Below, one piece after another: positions 28,418 to 41,695 of a DNA stretch of 64,000 bases. Numbering within the stretch: position 1 is the stretch's first letter; each line of letters begins with the position of its first letter. The notes under the pieces are model-generated. The model saw only the letters and a list, made by a program, of their open reading frames with translations. It made no database searches and was not told the DNA's origin. Source of the DNA: Callorhinchus milii. Lineage: Eukaryota. Where the stretch lies: the NCBI RefSeq assembly GCF_018977255.1, contig NW_024704742.1, positions 16,184,001 through 16,248,000 of the forward strand, in the 5' to 3' direction. The position numbers and the translations under genes are program-made.

Positions 28418-30742
28418 GTTTTAAGTAAACCTGGCAACGTTTGAAAATCAATGTGACATTAATTTGGTGGAATCATTTTCCTAACCAAAACTTCGGAAGC
28501 GCCCACACTGATAACAGCAACGGACATAATAAACCAACGCCCCCCCCCCCACCCCACACACACACACCATCACCACCACTAACCCCCTCCCCCACACACA
28601 CACACCATCACCACTGCCCCCCGCCCCCACACACCACCACCACTGCCCCCCACACACACACACACCATCACCACCACTACCCCCCCTCCCCCACACACAC
28701 ACACCATCACCACCACCCCCCCCACACACACACACACACCATCACCACCACCCCCCCCCACACACACACACCAGCACCACCCAACCCCCCCACACACACC
28801 ACACCAGCACCACCACTGCCCCCCCCACACACACACACACCATCACCACCACCACCCCACCCCCTCCCCACACACACACCATCACCACCACTAACCCCCC
28901 TCCCCCACACACACACACCATCACCACCACCACCCCCACCCCACACACACACCATCACCACCACTAAGCCCCCTCCCCCACACACACACACCATCACCAC
29001 CACCCCCCCCCCCACACACACACACACCATCACCACCCCAACCCCCACACACACACCATCACCACCACCCGCCCCCCACCCCCACAGACACACACCATCA
29101 CCACCGCCCCCCGCCCCCACACACACACCATCACCAGCCCCTCCACACACACACACCATCACCACACCCCCCACCCGCCCCCACACACACACACCATCAC
29201 CACTACCCGCGCCCCCCACACACACACACCATCACCATCACCACCCCCCCACACACACACCATCACCACCACCTCCACCCCCCCACATACACACACACCA
29301 TCACCACACTCCCCACCCCCTCCACACACACACACCATCACCATCACCCCCACCCGCGCCCACACACACACACCATCACCACCACCCGCGCCCCCCACAC
29401 ACACACCATCACCATCACCACCCCCCCCCACACACACACACACCTTCACCACCACCCCCACCCCCCACACACCACACCACCACCACCACACCCACCCCCC
29501 ACATACACACACACCATCATCACACCCCCCAACCCCTCCACACACACACACACACCATCACCACCACCCCCCCCCCCCACACCACACCATCACCACACCC
29601 AGCCTCCCCACATACACACACACCATCACCACCATCCCCACCCGCCCCCCCACACACCATCACCACCACCCGCCCCCCCCCCCCCCACACCACACCATCA
29701 CCACCACCCGCTATGAGACTAAAGGAACTCCATTCATTTCAGAGGCCTGACTGTCGTTGCTCTGGTCTCTTAGCGGGGTGGTGGTGATGGTGTGTGTGGG
29801 GGGTGGGGTGGTGGTGATGGTGTGTGTGGGGGTGGGGTGGTGGTGATGGTGTGTGTGGGGGTGGGGTGGTGGTGATGGTGTGTGTGGGTGTGGGGTGGTG
29901 GTGATGGTGTGTGTGGGGGGATGGGGTGGTGGTGATGGTATGTGTGGGGGGATGGGGTGGTGGTGAAGGTGTGTGTGGGGGTGGGGTGGTGGTGGGGTGG
30001 TGGTGATGGTGTGTGTGTGGGGGGTGGGGTGGTGGTGATGGTGTGTGTGGGGGGTGGGGTGGTGGTGATGGTGTGTGTGGGGGGTGGGGTGGTGGTGATG
30101 GTGTGTGTGGGGTGGTGGGGTGGTGGTGATGGTGTGTGTGGGGGTGGGGTGGTGGTGATGGTGTGTGTGGGGGTGGGGTGGTGGTGATGGTGTGTGTGGG
30201 GGTGGGGTGGTGGTGATGGTGTGTGTGGGGGTGGGGTGGTGGTGATGGTGTGTGTGGGGGCGTGGGTTGGTGGTGATGGTGTGTGGGGGGTTGGGTGGTG
30301 GTGATGGTTTGTGTGGGGGGTGGGGTGGTGGTGATGGTGTGTGTGGGGGGTGGGGTGGTGGTGATGGTGTGTGTGGGGGCGTGGGGTGGTGGTGATGGTG
30401 TGTGTGGGGGTGGGGGGGGTTGGGGTGGTGGTGATGGTGTGTGTGGGGGGCGTGGGGTGGTGGTCATGGTGTGTGTGGGGGTGGGGTGTGGTGATGGTGT
30501 GTGTGGGGGGGTGGGGTGGTGGTGATGGTATGTGTGTGGGGTGGGGGGTAGTCATGGTGTGTGGGGGTGGGGGGTGATGGTGATATTTTGTGTGTGTGTG
30601 TGAGGGGGGGGGGGGGGTGAGGGGAGGGTGTATGTCCGTTGCTGATATCAGTGTGGGCGCTTCCGAAGTTTTGGTTAGGAAAATTATTCCAACAAATTAA
30701 TATCACATTGATTTTTCAACGTTCCCAGGTTTACTTAAAAAC
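28418..30742. repeat. ~2.3-kb fold-back inverted repeat containing a CACACACCATCACCACCACCCC-type minisatellite
   Basis: Unique outer arms 28418-28528 and 30631-30742 are reverse complements with a handful of mismatches. A C/A-rich array runs to ~29710 and is mirrored by a G/T-rich array from ~29774. The centre is at ~29742. Confidence 0.92.
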
Positions 30743-30948
30743 TTGAGGATTAGTCAATTGTTACATTTCTTAAAAAAATACGCTAAAAGTACAGGTTTCC
30801 ACAACTTAGAAACGCTATTTATAAATGAGCGACACTCGTTTTTTACATCTACTGCAGAACCACCAGCGATTGATTTTCATTTTACATTCAGGTACTATTG
30901 ATGCAGAATTAAACCAAGGTTGTAAATTCTGTGTGGATAGTGCTTAAC

Positions 30949-31244
30949 TTGAGATTTAATTGAGATGTCATGGGATTAAAAAAAAAGTCGAGAAAGGGTT
31001 TAACCTGGACTGCAACGTGCACTGTTTGCTGTGCAAAGTTTTGCATTTCCCCTTATTAATTGCCTAATAAGTGTGCGTATTTGATTAGTGATTAGTGATC
31101 AAATACTAATCAAATACGCACACTTATTAGGCAATTAATGAGGGGAAATGCAAAACTTTGCACAGTAAACAGTTCACGTTGCAGTCCAGGTTAAACCCTT
31201 CCTCGACTTTTTTTTAATCGCATGACATCTCAATTAAATCTCAA
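30949..31244. repeat. 296-bp near-perfect palindrome (MITE-like hairpin)
   Basis: Arms 30949-31089 and 31105-31244 are reverse complements with ~5 substitutions and one homopolymer indel, separated by a 15-bp spacer. Confidence 0.92.
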
Positions 31245-33204
31245 CAAACTGGATTGAATTGAGGAATGCATTTAGGAAAGAGAAATACAAATAACAATTG
31301 GACGGAAGTAATTCCGATCCTTGGTGTAACTTGTGATCAGGAATCTGTTGAAAGTGAATTATAATCAACAAAAGCAGTTCTCCAGATCTGATGTAAACGT
31401 TTGGGCTAAATTGCGGAGGCGACAGGACCATGTCTATCGTCCTATCAATTTTCCAGTCAACTTCAGCCATTGGAAGTATCGCTAACAGCGTAGCAATGGC
31501 ACTCTCCAGGTATCGGATTTCTGAACATTAAAATAATCCTCTCTTCAACTTGAAAAAACAAATCTTGCGAGTCCAGCCCTGTAGAACCGTTCATTTGGGA
31601 TCACGGTAATCCTTTTCGGAACCCTTTTACACTTACACAAGGATAGTTAATATAAAGTATCAAATTCAAGGATTATTGTAAAGGTGTATTGTGTATAAGT
31701 ACGCTGCACCCTGTTTGAGCCGAATTATTTTCATGCAGAGCTCCAAATACTTTTTTTGATTAAAATAATCTATTGAGTGACAATTGCCTCTTCTAAATAA
31801 ACACTTCTCATCCTGATAAATTCTGGAAATGACATGATATATGGTAGATGTGGAATCTATTCGCCAGATTTACCGATCATTTGGTTGGACAAATGTCAAA
31901 CTAAACAGAAATTCAAAAACAGACGGACTGACAGAGCTAGAAATATTCTAACTTCGAGAGAAGACGCAAAATGCAAAAATCTGCAAATTTCAAGCGAAAC
32001 AGAAGAATAACCATCTGACCGGCGCCTCTCTCTAAGAGTTGCGGAATTGCTTATATCCGCAGAGAGATCACAAACTGTTGAGGGTATAATTCCTCACGTT
32101 GCGGGTCGTGACAAGCATGAACAGTCGCAATCCTTCTTCATCACATTAATTCCAGAAAATTAACTTTTATCACTTCAGGGAACTTTTTCACTTCATTTGA
32201 ACACCACCAGAGGAAAGACCTTTTGTTCTCCGAATTCCTGAATGCGGATTCTTTGTGAGTTTTTAATGAATGATTATGTGGATTTTTTTAAAAAATCTAC
32301 CTTTTTGTGAAATCCTTCGAGAAAATGGAAACGTTATTTTAAAAATAAATCTGCCTTCTATTAGGTGTTATTTGGTCTGGAAATCTCAAGCCATCTTTGC
32401 TGTGATGGTGTACAGTGGATTCCAGCGTTGCGTCAGAAATTCGCAATGTTTAGTTGGATATCGCCTGCATTTTCTCACTGAATCATTTTTCTCTGTGTAT
32501 CTTTAACGTCATTAATAAATAGATATAAATATAAATAGACAGAAATGCAACGCGGGGTGTTGGTTTGGGAGCTTGGGACAGACCCAGGAAATCCTGGCGT
32601 CAGCTTACAAATACAGTAACTACACTTCACAGTAATATCCGGCGAAGAATAGTGAGACGTTTCTACAGTGTTACAAAACGTTACATCAAATGCGTGAATA
32701 AGTATTGATCTCAAGTAGTTTGTTTCAAGATAAATTCCCAATGCTAAAAATAAAAAAGTCTTTACAGACTTATGACAATGTCATTATTGTTCTCCGGAAA
32801 CGTTGCTTTACTCTTCTAGTCCGCTTATTACTAACATTGTCTGTAACAAAATGCAGTACACATGCAAACATCTTGATTATTGTGTCAATATTACAAATGT
32901 CACCAAATGTTAGCTGGAATCCACAGACTAATGTTCTATCCAAGTAGGTAACCCTTATTTCTCTAGTTATACAGGGGGGAAAATACACATTGAATACCAC
33001 CTTCCACTTTGTAAATATTTCGTCGTTAAAAAATCTCCAAAAACAGTTTATTCTGAACAAATGCAAATATTATTATGTAATTATTATTATATAATTTAAT
33101 TTGTCAATATTTCAATGCTCTACCCTTTGATCCCTTAAGCTATAATATGCCTACAAACATATTGTGAAACATATCACAATGGTAAGTATTAAATACCCAA
33201 TCTT

Positions 33205-33347
33205 TGTCAGAACTGGACGAAGGGTCGTGGACCCGAACAGTTGACTCACTTCTCTTTCTGCACAGATGCTGCCTGACCTGCTGAGTGTTTCTCAGCGACT
33301 TCTGTTTTTGTTTCAGATTTCCAACATCTGCAGTATTTTGCGTTTTG
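33205..33347 (+). mobile_element. Penelope-like element 3' end/pLTR remnant with degenerate hammerhead core
   Basis: GGACGAAGGGTCGTGGACCCGAA…CACAGATGCTGCCTGACCTGCTGAGT…TTTCAGATTTCCAACATCTGCAGTA. Homologous to 34751-34891. Confidence 0.6.
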
Positions 33348-34750
33348 ATAATACGGATTGGATCTGGAGGTAGATTAACAAGACAGTTTGTCAGCTTTGA
33401 AGTGAACTGTTCCACAGAGACTTGAAATAAGGGCACCGAGGGCTTCCTCGTCCAAATCCCTTGACTGCCAAGTAAAGCAGAACATTTGTGAAAACATATA
33501 TAAATCTCCATGTGTTTGGACCTTTATTTGGTTTTCAAAGAACAGCACGACCTAAAAGGTACAGTGCTTTTTTTGCACTGTACGCCTCTTCTGCTTGAAA
33601 CATCTACATGTTGGCGCTTTATCCGGGATTTCAAATGCATATGAGGTAGACGCATTAATAGTAATCGGGCAGATCAAAACAAGGGTTAACGAGAGGACAG
33701 GATGGCTGTGCCTGTAAACATGATAATTACACATTAATGTGCTTCTGCATTAACACAGTGCGCTTGCTGATAATATAAAATGCTGAAAGATCAGCAAAAA
33801 ACAAATCAGCCATTAAGACCAGTTTGTCTTTAGGACTATCTGGCATTGATTTTTGTACTAGGTTAAGAAATAGTAGAGAAATGCGCGCTAATGCGTTTCC
33901 CCAGGAGAGTGGAGCAGACGTTCAGGCTCCTACCAGAGGAAGTGTAGCAACCTGAGTCTTTCGTCTAAAGCACTGACAACAACACGCTGCTTTCGCTGTT
34001 TATCCCCCCCCCCCCCCCCCCCCCACTCACACACACACCTTTTTCTAACCAAGAAATTAAAACTTGGATCGAATGATTATTGCAATCATCAGCAGAAACC
34101 AGAATCATTTGGAGTAACCACACCAACAAGTCTCTTGAAATATGAAGCAACCACGAAGCTCATCCACGAATAGCTTGGACCAGACCACCACCTGTCGTGT
34201 TATCAATTTGCTGGTGATATCAAGTAATATCAAGTGGACAGGTGACCGATTTCCAATTCATGGTGTTTAATGAGAGAATTGCAGAAATATCAGAAATGGA
34301 AAAATATATAGAATTTTTTTTAAGGAGGGAATAAGATTAAAGAGACACCTTTTCTGAGACAGCACAGCCAGTAAGAGCCCAATGGTCTCCTTCTATGGTA
34401 CAGATGTCGGTGGTTCTAAGCAGTTTGTTGGAATGAATAGGAAGGTTAAATTGTATATATATTCTTTGTTCTAAACATGGATAGGTTTTAATTTAATTTG
34501 GCTCAACAGTCTTATTAATAACATTAAATATAATGCTTTAAACATTCTTCCATTTTCATGGTGCATCGTTACAGCAGCGACGATGAACTATTTTTCAAGC
34601 GGCCTTGCCAATTGGGATTCAATGCAAATCTCGTTCTATACTCCCCTTATTGCCTTTAGTCTACTGGTCTCTTCAACACCTCTAATCTCATCATCTAAAA
34701 TGTGTCTTTTGTCTTTCTTTTTTCCTTCTAATCTTCTCCCTTCCAACATC

Positions 34751-34891
34751 CCCTGATTCCGACGAAAGATCATAGACCTGAAACGTTAACTCATTTTTCT
34801 CTCTCCATGGATGCTGCCTGATCTGCTACGTGTTCCCAACGACTTTTGTGTTTATACCAGATTTCCAGCATCTGCAGTACTTTGCCTTTTG
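34751..34891 (+). mobile_element. Penelope-like element 3' end/pLTR remnant with degenerate hammerhead core
   Basis: CCGACGAAAGATCATAGACCTGAAACGTTAACT…GATGCTGCCTGATCTGCT…CAGATTTCCAGCATCTGCAGTA. Confidence 0.6.
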
Positions 34892-36228
34892 TTCAATGCA
34901 AATTACTTTGCCAAATGCTCAAGTAAACATGTGCACATAATGGAGAAATGTTCATTAAAGGAGATGCAGAAGGGAAACGATTTGCCTGAAGTTATTAATC
35001 TGAAGGTTTCCAGACAATAAATCTATTATCAACAAAACCAATCTAATATTAGGAAACAATTGGAAGAGGTATTGACTATGAATCAAAATTCGTTATTCAA
35101 AATACACTGGAAAATATTTGAAATATTGTGCTATTGGAGACCCTACCAAGAAAAGCATATTAAAATGTTGGTGAGGGTTCAAAGAGCAACAAGCATGAGA
35201 ACTATAATGTATGGGAAGCTCATAGTGCTGATTTATATTCACTGTGAAGAGATTAATTATAATTTAGCAGGTCAGGTACAGATCAGTTACATGTGGACAG
35301 ACTATCTTACATCATGCACCCAGAACTGTAGAACATAGGTTTATTTTGTAACAAAAAGACTCAAGCAGGACAATAATTTTGGCGAATGTTTACCTTGTAC
35401 AATAACTGATAAATGGACGCAATCCACCAAAATAGGTGAAGTTGCATCGATTTTTTACAAAAAATAAATTATTATTTATAAATAATTATATATTATTAAT
35501 AATAATATAATCCTGTTGCTCAATGCTGCACGGAACTGCGGATATGTTTCTTGTAAAGGGCAGGAAGCCAAGTCTAACTTGTTAAAATATGGAGATGGGT
35601 GAATATTGTTGTGATCTTCACTGAATTTTAATGCAATCATTGAATATTTTGGATAAACTTTCCTTCCATGAGATAAATTGTGTAGGGTGTGGTCCACAAT
35701 TGGACTGTTGTTTATACTCTATAGAAAGGAACGAGCTTCGTGGTCTGAAAACCACCTCCTCCCCCAACCCCCCCCCCCCCCCAACCCCCAACTCTGTCTC
35801 CCTATGTTTCTTTAACTGAAGGAAGGCAATGGTTTCCATCATAAATCTCTTCATAGGTGGAACAGCGACCTCTCCTGGTCAACATTTGTATTACATGTTA
35901 TTGCAGCTTGTAGAATGCTTGGTGCTAAATTAATTATCAAACTATCAAACTAAAGGCTCCTTATCACCAGTGTTAACAGAATGTATTTTGTGTTCGCCTC
36001 TTGCACTTTGGCACAATTCCATTGTGTTATTATTTCTTCTTTGTGTTGCTTCCGAAAAGTTAGATGTCTTTATAAAGAAAATACACGTACTAAATCAAAA
36101 TCAAATTTTGCTGCCACAAAGCAAAAATAAATTGTGTGTATACTCAAAGATTTTCCGTTGCTATATTTATGATTTTTTAAACAGAAGTTCGCCATATTTG
36201 TGTTATGGTTGGAGATTATGTGTTTCAA

Positions 36229-36640
36229 TTTGGCTCAGTGGAATGGTATCACTGTCAAGGTGAGTCAGAAGATGGTGGGTTCAAGCCCTATGTCTGGACT
36301 TTGAACCCCAATGCTATGCTGAGATTGCCCTCTTATGTTATATTTGCTACTTTGTCAGACAGATTTAAAACAGAGATCTTATTCAGGTGAACGTTAAATA
36401 TCCAATTGCACGATTCAAAAAGAGAATATAATTTCTCCTGGTGCTTTCGGTAAGAATTGTGCAAATAAAATTGGCCATTCACTTCACTGATGTTTATGGG
36501 ATATTATTGTGTGCAAATTAGCAGTCACATGCCCCTACAAAAATACAGTAATTCCACTTTACAGTACTGTGTATTTGTGGAGTGTTTTGAGACGTCCTCC
36601 TGACGTGAAGGGCCATTTATCAAATGTAAGGATTATTATT
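36229..36640 (+). mobile_element. Near full-length, old Deu-domain tRNA-SINE
   Basis: Head TGGCTCAGTGG…GAGTCAGAAGATGGTGGGTTCAAGCCC (A/B boxes), a Deu-like body, and the L2-like tail TTTTGAGACGTCC…GTGAAGGGC…CAAATGTAAGGATTATTATT. Confidence 0.65.
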
Positions 36641-39600
36641 AAGATTACTTGAGTTAGGAAAAAACTTATTTGAAACAATTATAATACAGCAGTCACTCAA
36701 AAACAACATTCGCTAATGTTTGAAAAAAATAATTATCCTTGCATTTGAACAAAATACAGTCGAAATGAGCTGTTTTCACGTTAATATAAGCAGATTGCAT
36801 CTTCAGATCTGATAAATTCATGTACATTCACTAAAATTGTTACCGTTATGACTTGCAATAGAACTTCAACTTCAAAAAGGCCCTTTTGTTCATTGGGTAG
36901 AAACCATATGAGAAAGTTAGCTTCCGTATTTCCAAAACATTGCCTTTGTATATCAGTCGTAGCTTGTGTCCAGCTGTGCCAAAGAAACTAAACTGTATCC
37001 GTGCATTAGGTTTGGAAATGGCTAATATATTATTTTAAAAAGGAAAAAATGGAAATATTTCTATAGATTGTATTGCAACTAAAAGCTGTGGATATGGTTC
37101 TGGTACTACAGTTAGTGGAACAGTGTATGTGTGACTTCACACAGTGAAAATTGAATTTCATGCAAACCGATATTCATAAATTTGTTTAGGAATTGCTCGT
37201 CATTGAATTCACACATTGACAAAGTCATTCCAAAAAAAAAATCACATGCTTGATCTGGACCTCCCTCATTCAAGATCTCTTGTATCTGTTTAATTTCCAG
37301 TGTTCATAAGAATTGGGTGTTGGAAAACCTAATTTATTATATAGCACATGAAATGTTCCAATCACAATTGATGGTCAATATAGCCACGTTGGGAAACAAA
37401 AGTTAAGTTACATTACTGATTTTCTGCAATACATCCCAGTAAGTTTTCTAGCGTAACCGTTTTGTTAATAACATGCACTGATGTTATTGTATTGTTGTTG
37501 GATTTCAAATACTGATGAGTAATATAGAATGGTCCAAATGAACCCGTATCCACGGGTTTAAGCATTATAACAAGGGTCATAATATGTAAGATATACTTCA
37601 TGTAAAGAGTAAGATCATAATAAATTAGGATGTAGATTATTACAGACAGTGATTCATTAATGAAGGTCAAGTATGCTGCCACAAAGCAAAATTAAAGAAC
37701 TTCTTTTAAAATCCCCGATATCTTCTGCTTTAATATGCTATTCTGAGTAACACCTTTGCGCTTTGTTCCATTAGTTGATATTAGCAGGGGATAAGCTGGT
37801 GGACAGACAGGTCGACGCCAGAGGACGGCATTGGGTATCCAATGAAGTGCGCGTTAATTGAGTGCAGGCCTCCAGCTCGTCAACTCTCCACTTGCTTAAA
37901 GGGCACCACGAGACTACCCAGAAACTCGATCTCTCTCAATAATGTAGTATTTGTGAAAAGCATGTCAGCCGAGGATTTGAGAGATGTTCAAATAGGATTT
38001 ATGAAGGGTATTACAAATTTACTGGGAAGTATGGAGTCTCTGGAGAGGGGTGTCAGATCTTTCATCCTTGCACTTTTCCCAAGAAACTTGCATTCTCTTT
38101 GCCTTCGTGAATTTGTGATTGAAAATAAAACAGGAAGAATACCTGGAATGAAAGATATTATTGCGACGCCTCACATTGAATGTTTGGCAACACAACTAAC
38201 GGTACAAACACAATCCTTGTGTCTGCAAATCACCAATATAGGGTTACAAGTAGCTGGTATATGCAAACACAAGGATCGAGATAGGAGCAGTACTTAGGTA
38301 GTAAGTTTGTGACTTCAAACAAATATTCATTCTTTTCATATTATATTTTAAAATTACTCTCAGAAAAGACATTTCATATACAGAGACAAACTAGTACCTG
38401 TAAGTAATACTTTTAAAATAAACATTTTCAGTAACCAAAGCGCTATTATTTGTTAACTGGGACTTTTATAAAAGTTCTGTGGGAAAATAAGCACTGGCCC
38501 TGACGAGAGAAACAATAAATTGAGAGGTGGATAAGGATGGAAATGTATTTCAAAATAAAATAACATGCAACTTGTTCAATTTTATTATATACTAAGTAGT
38601 CATTAGAGAATGAACATCAGGGCTTATTATAAAAATTACTTTCACACAAATCTAACACACTTAATGCAACACTTGTCGCGCAAGTTCTTAAATAAATGTG
38701 GTGTATATGTTTACAAATTAACGACTGGAGGCTGGTGAATGTCAGGGTACTGTTTTTATATATAGGAAGCGATCTTGTGAGGGACAGTTTCGGTTCTGCT
38801 ACAGAAGTAATCCGGCTAATGTTGATCGCATCACCTGCGATGAAACTTGTTGTGCACCTACATGGGAAATGATGTGACTATTAATATGTGTGACAAATTC
38901 AGATTACTGTGACATATAACTCAGAACACAGAATAGGCAGTTTAGCTAGAAACGTAAAACAGGCATGTTAGCTGGAAAAAACACCAAAGCCGCTTGTTCT
39001 GATGGACCATAGATTACAGTGCTTTGCACCAAAAAACAGAAAGTTCAACCAAGGCGTAATATAATGTTTGCCTTCTGGAATGGTTTCTAACTAGTAGCAC
39101 GAGTGTCGAAATTCAAATTGTAATTTTGGAAAATCTCGAATCACAGAGTCAGAACCAAATGTATTGTATCCAGTAACTGGATATTCAGTCAGGATCCTAA
39201 GGATATTCCAAGTGGTGCTGAAGAAATAATGGAGCCCCAAGAAAATCAAGAGCTACTCATGAAGATCTCAGACTTGGTAAAATGCTGATACATCTATTGC
39301 TACACATCTGAAGGTATCTCTTCTAAACGTCAAAGCCTCAGTGGTTTGTGGTGTGTCTGTGCTTTTTTAAAGTTAATAATGGGTTTCTGCTGCACCAGCG
39401 AATAGAATACAAGCCTTGAGTTGAAAAGGTCTCACAATATATTTATTACAAACTTCTGTTTGTTAAGATTGTATCATCCTTCAATTTCCTGACCGTAGGG
39501 TGGGGCCAGCTGTCTGGAGGTACCACATGAAAAGATACTGTGGTAAATTAGTACTGTTTGAAAAGCATTTTTGTAAAAGTGAGAAAGGGATTTTTGAGGA

Positions 39601-40479
39601 AGATAAAAATAAAATTACTTTTGGCTGAGGATATACCTCATTTGAGTCAAAATATTAATGAATATGTTATCTTTAGTGTCCCATGACTCATTGCAGTGAA
39701 ACTAAAAATAGGATAACAGATGGGCAGAGTAAGTTTCCAGATGTGTATACAGTTCCCAGCCAGTACACAAACAAGTTGGCACAGCTACATGTAAAAGCCC
39801 AAAATAATAACATCTGCACAAGTATCCAATGAGTTTTCTTCATTACCTGGTTCGTCAACAAACACACACTCTGCACTTTACAGTATATCCTCTGAAGTGC
39901 TTTGGAACAACCTCCCAATGTGAAAGGCTGTTATTGTTCTTCCATTTTTAAACATCTCAAGGCTTGCAGGAAAATCATTTGCATTCTTCTAAATATAAAA
40001 CCGGAAAACTACAAGTTTATAAATATCCCCCAAAAAGAATAGAGAGGAAATTGTGTGCATCTGCTATTAAAAATGAACAAATGGTTGGAGTACAATTTAG
40101 AGTGCTGAGATGGTTTGAGAGAAAGCACATTCTTCGGAGTAAATATAGCCTCTGTTCCAAAGGACTGTATACCTCTGTCCAATCCATTTTCCAGTCATCT
40201 GCATATGCTACAATTTGTTGCAATCTGTATTCTTTATTCATAAAAATAAATGTCCTAAAAATTGGCTTCAGGTTGGATCAACAAATAATTGTTATTGAAG
40301 AGACGAATGGTATATACAACTGTAAGAAAATGCAGCATTGAATTTTTTGAGAGCAGAATATGCAGTTAACAAGAGGTTTTACTAATATGCTCCCCTCTTC
40401 TGAAAGTACTAACTCTTTGTGAGTGCACAACTCCAAACAAGTGTAAGGTGTCTTTTGATATCTTGTCTGTAATAATTTG

Positions 40480-40650
40480 GTCACTTAGTCCATGACTGTT
40501 TATGGGACACTGCTGTGAGCAATTGGCTGCTGTGTTTCACCCACAAAATGTACAATCAATTCACTTTACAGTATATTCTGTGAAGTGCTCTGAGACATCT
40601 TGAAGACGTGATAAGGCACTATATCAAATGCAAGGATTATTATTTTATTT
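40480..40650 (+). mobile_element. SINE 3' half
   Basis: TGGGACACTGCTGTGAGCAATTGGCTGC…TCAATTCACTTTACAG…CAAATGCAAGGATTATTATT. Confidence 0.75.
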
Positions 40651-41334
40651 TATTGTATAAGTAGGAATTCTTCAGATGTAACCCTTGCCCGTGATTGTGT
40701 GCATGCTTATCAATTTTGAACCTTGTCCTTGCACACTTTAACAATATTGTGTATAATGGAAGTTCCTATTGCAAGCTTGTAAAAATGCATAAAACTTACC
40801 ACCACAAAAACATAATACCACCTTTAAATTTTAAATTATATTAAAAGTTTCCAGATTATTGGCTTTAAATATTTAATGTGCATAAATGAGAGACAAGGAA
40901 AGTGCATTTTTAACTAACATTAAACATTTTATCTTTAAATAAATATCCACAATATTGCTTCTTGTTAAAAGTCTAGTATTTTAAAAAAATCACCAGCAGT
41001 GAATAGGATTCTCTGTATGTACGTGCATTTAAGTATTCATTTGCAAGGCCTCAATTTGCCTCAGTAAGAAGCAATGAAGCAAACAATATAACGCATTGTT
41101 ATCAACTTCCACCACACTAAAGTAGGTACCAATGTCATAATTGTTTCCATTGATTTTAGTTATGATCTATTTACAGTATGAAAATATATTGAGATAATAT
41201 TCTGTGGTGAATTGCAAAAGACAACTGCAGACATCTTCATAGTTACTCTGTCACTGTAAACTCCCAAGGGTAAATTCCATTGTCAGGAAGTGTTTTCAAC
41301 TTAGTAGTGTGCAACACACATATGATTTTACAAA

Positions 41335-41695
41335 AACAACAACTTGCATTTGTATAGCGCCCGTCACACGAGGGAATGTCTCTGAGCGCTTAACAATGGC
41401 ATAGTTTGATGCTGACACTTTGTTTGTGGGATATTGCTGTGACTCAAATTGGTTATTGTGTTCACCCACAAATATATAATCACTTTACTTTATGGTCCAT
41501 CCTGTGAAGCACTTTGAGATGTTTCAACATTGTAATAAGACACTATATAATATCACAATAATAATCCTTGCATTTGATATAGTACATTATCATGTCTTCG
41601 AGACATCGTAAAGCGCTTCACTGAATTGACGGTATATTTTATGGGCGAAACGTGGCAGCCAATTGCACACAGCAGTGTCCCACAAATAGTCAAAT
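41335..41695. mobile_element. Cluster of L2/SINE 3' ends in mixed orientation
   Basis: L2 tail on minus (~41335-41400), SINE 3' half on plus (~41420-41550), SINE 3' half on minus (~41555-41695). Confidence 0.65.

Noticed and set aside
28441..30706. Long Pro/His/Thr- and Val/Gly/Cys-rich ORFs (up to 448 aa)
   Set aside because: They are translations of the stop-free minisatellite in several frames on both strands, with no gene structure.
37842..38297. 151-aa ORF
   Set aside because: No recognisable domain or splice context, so it is likely a chance ORF.
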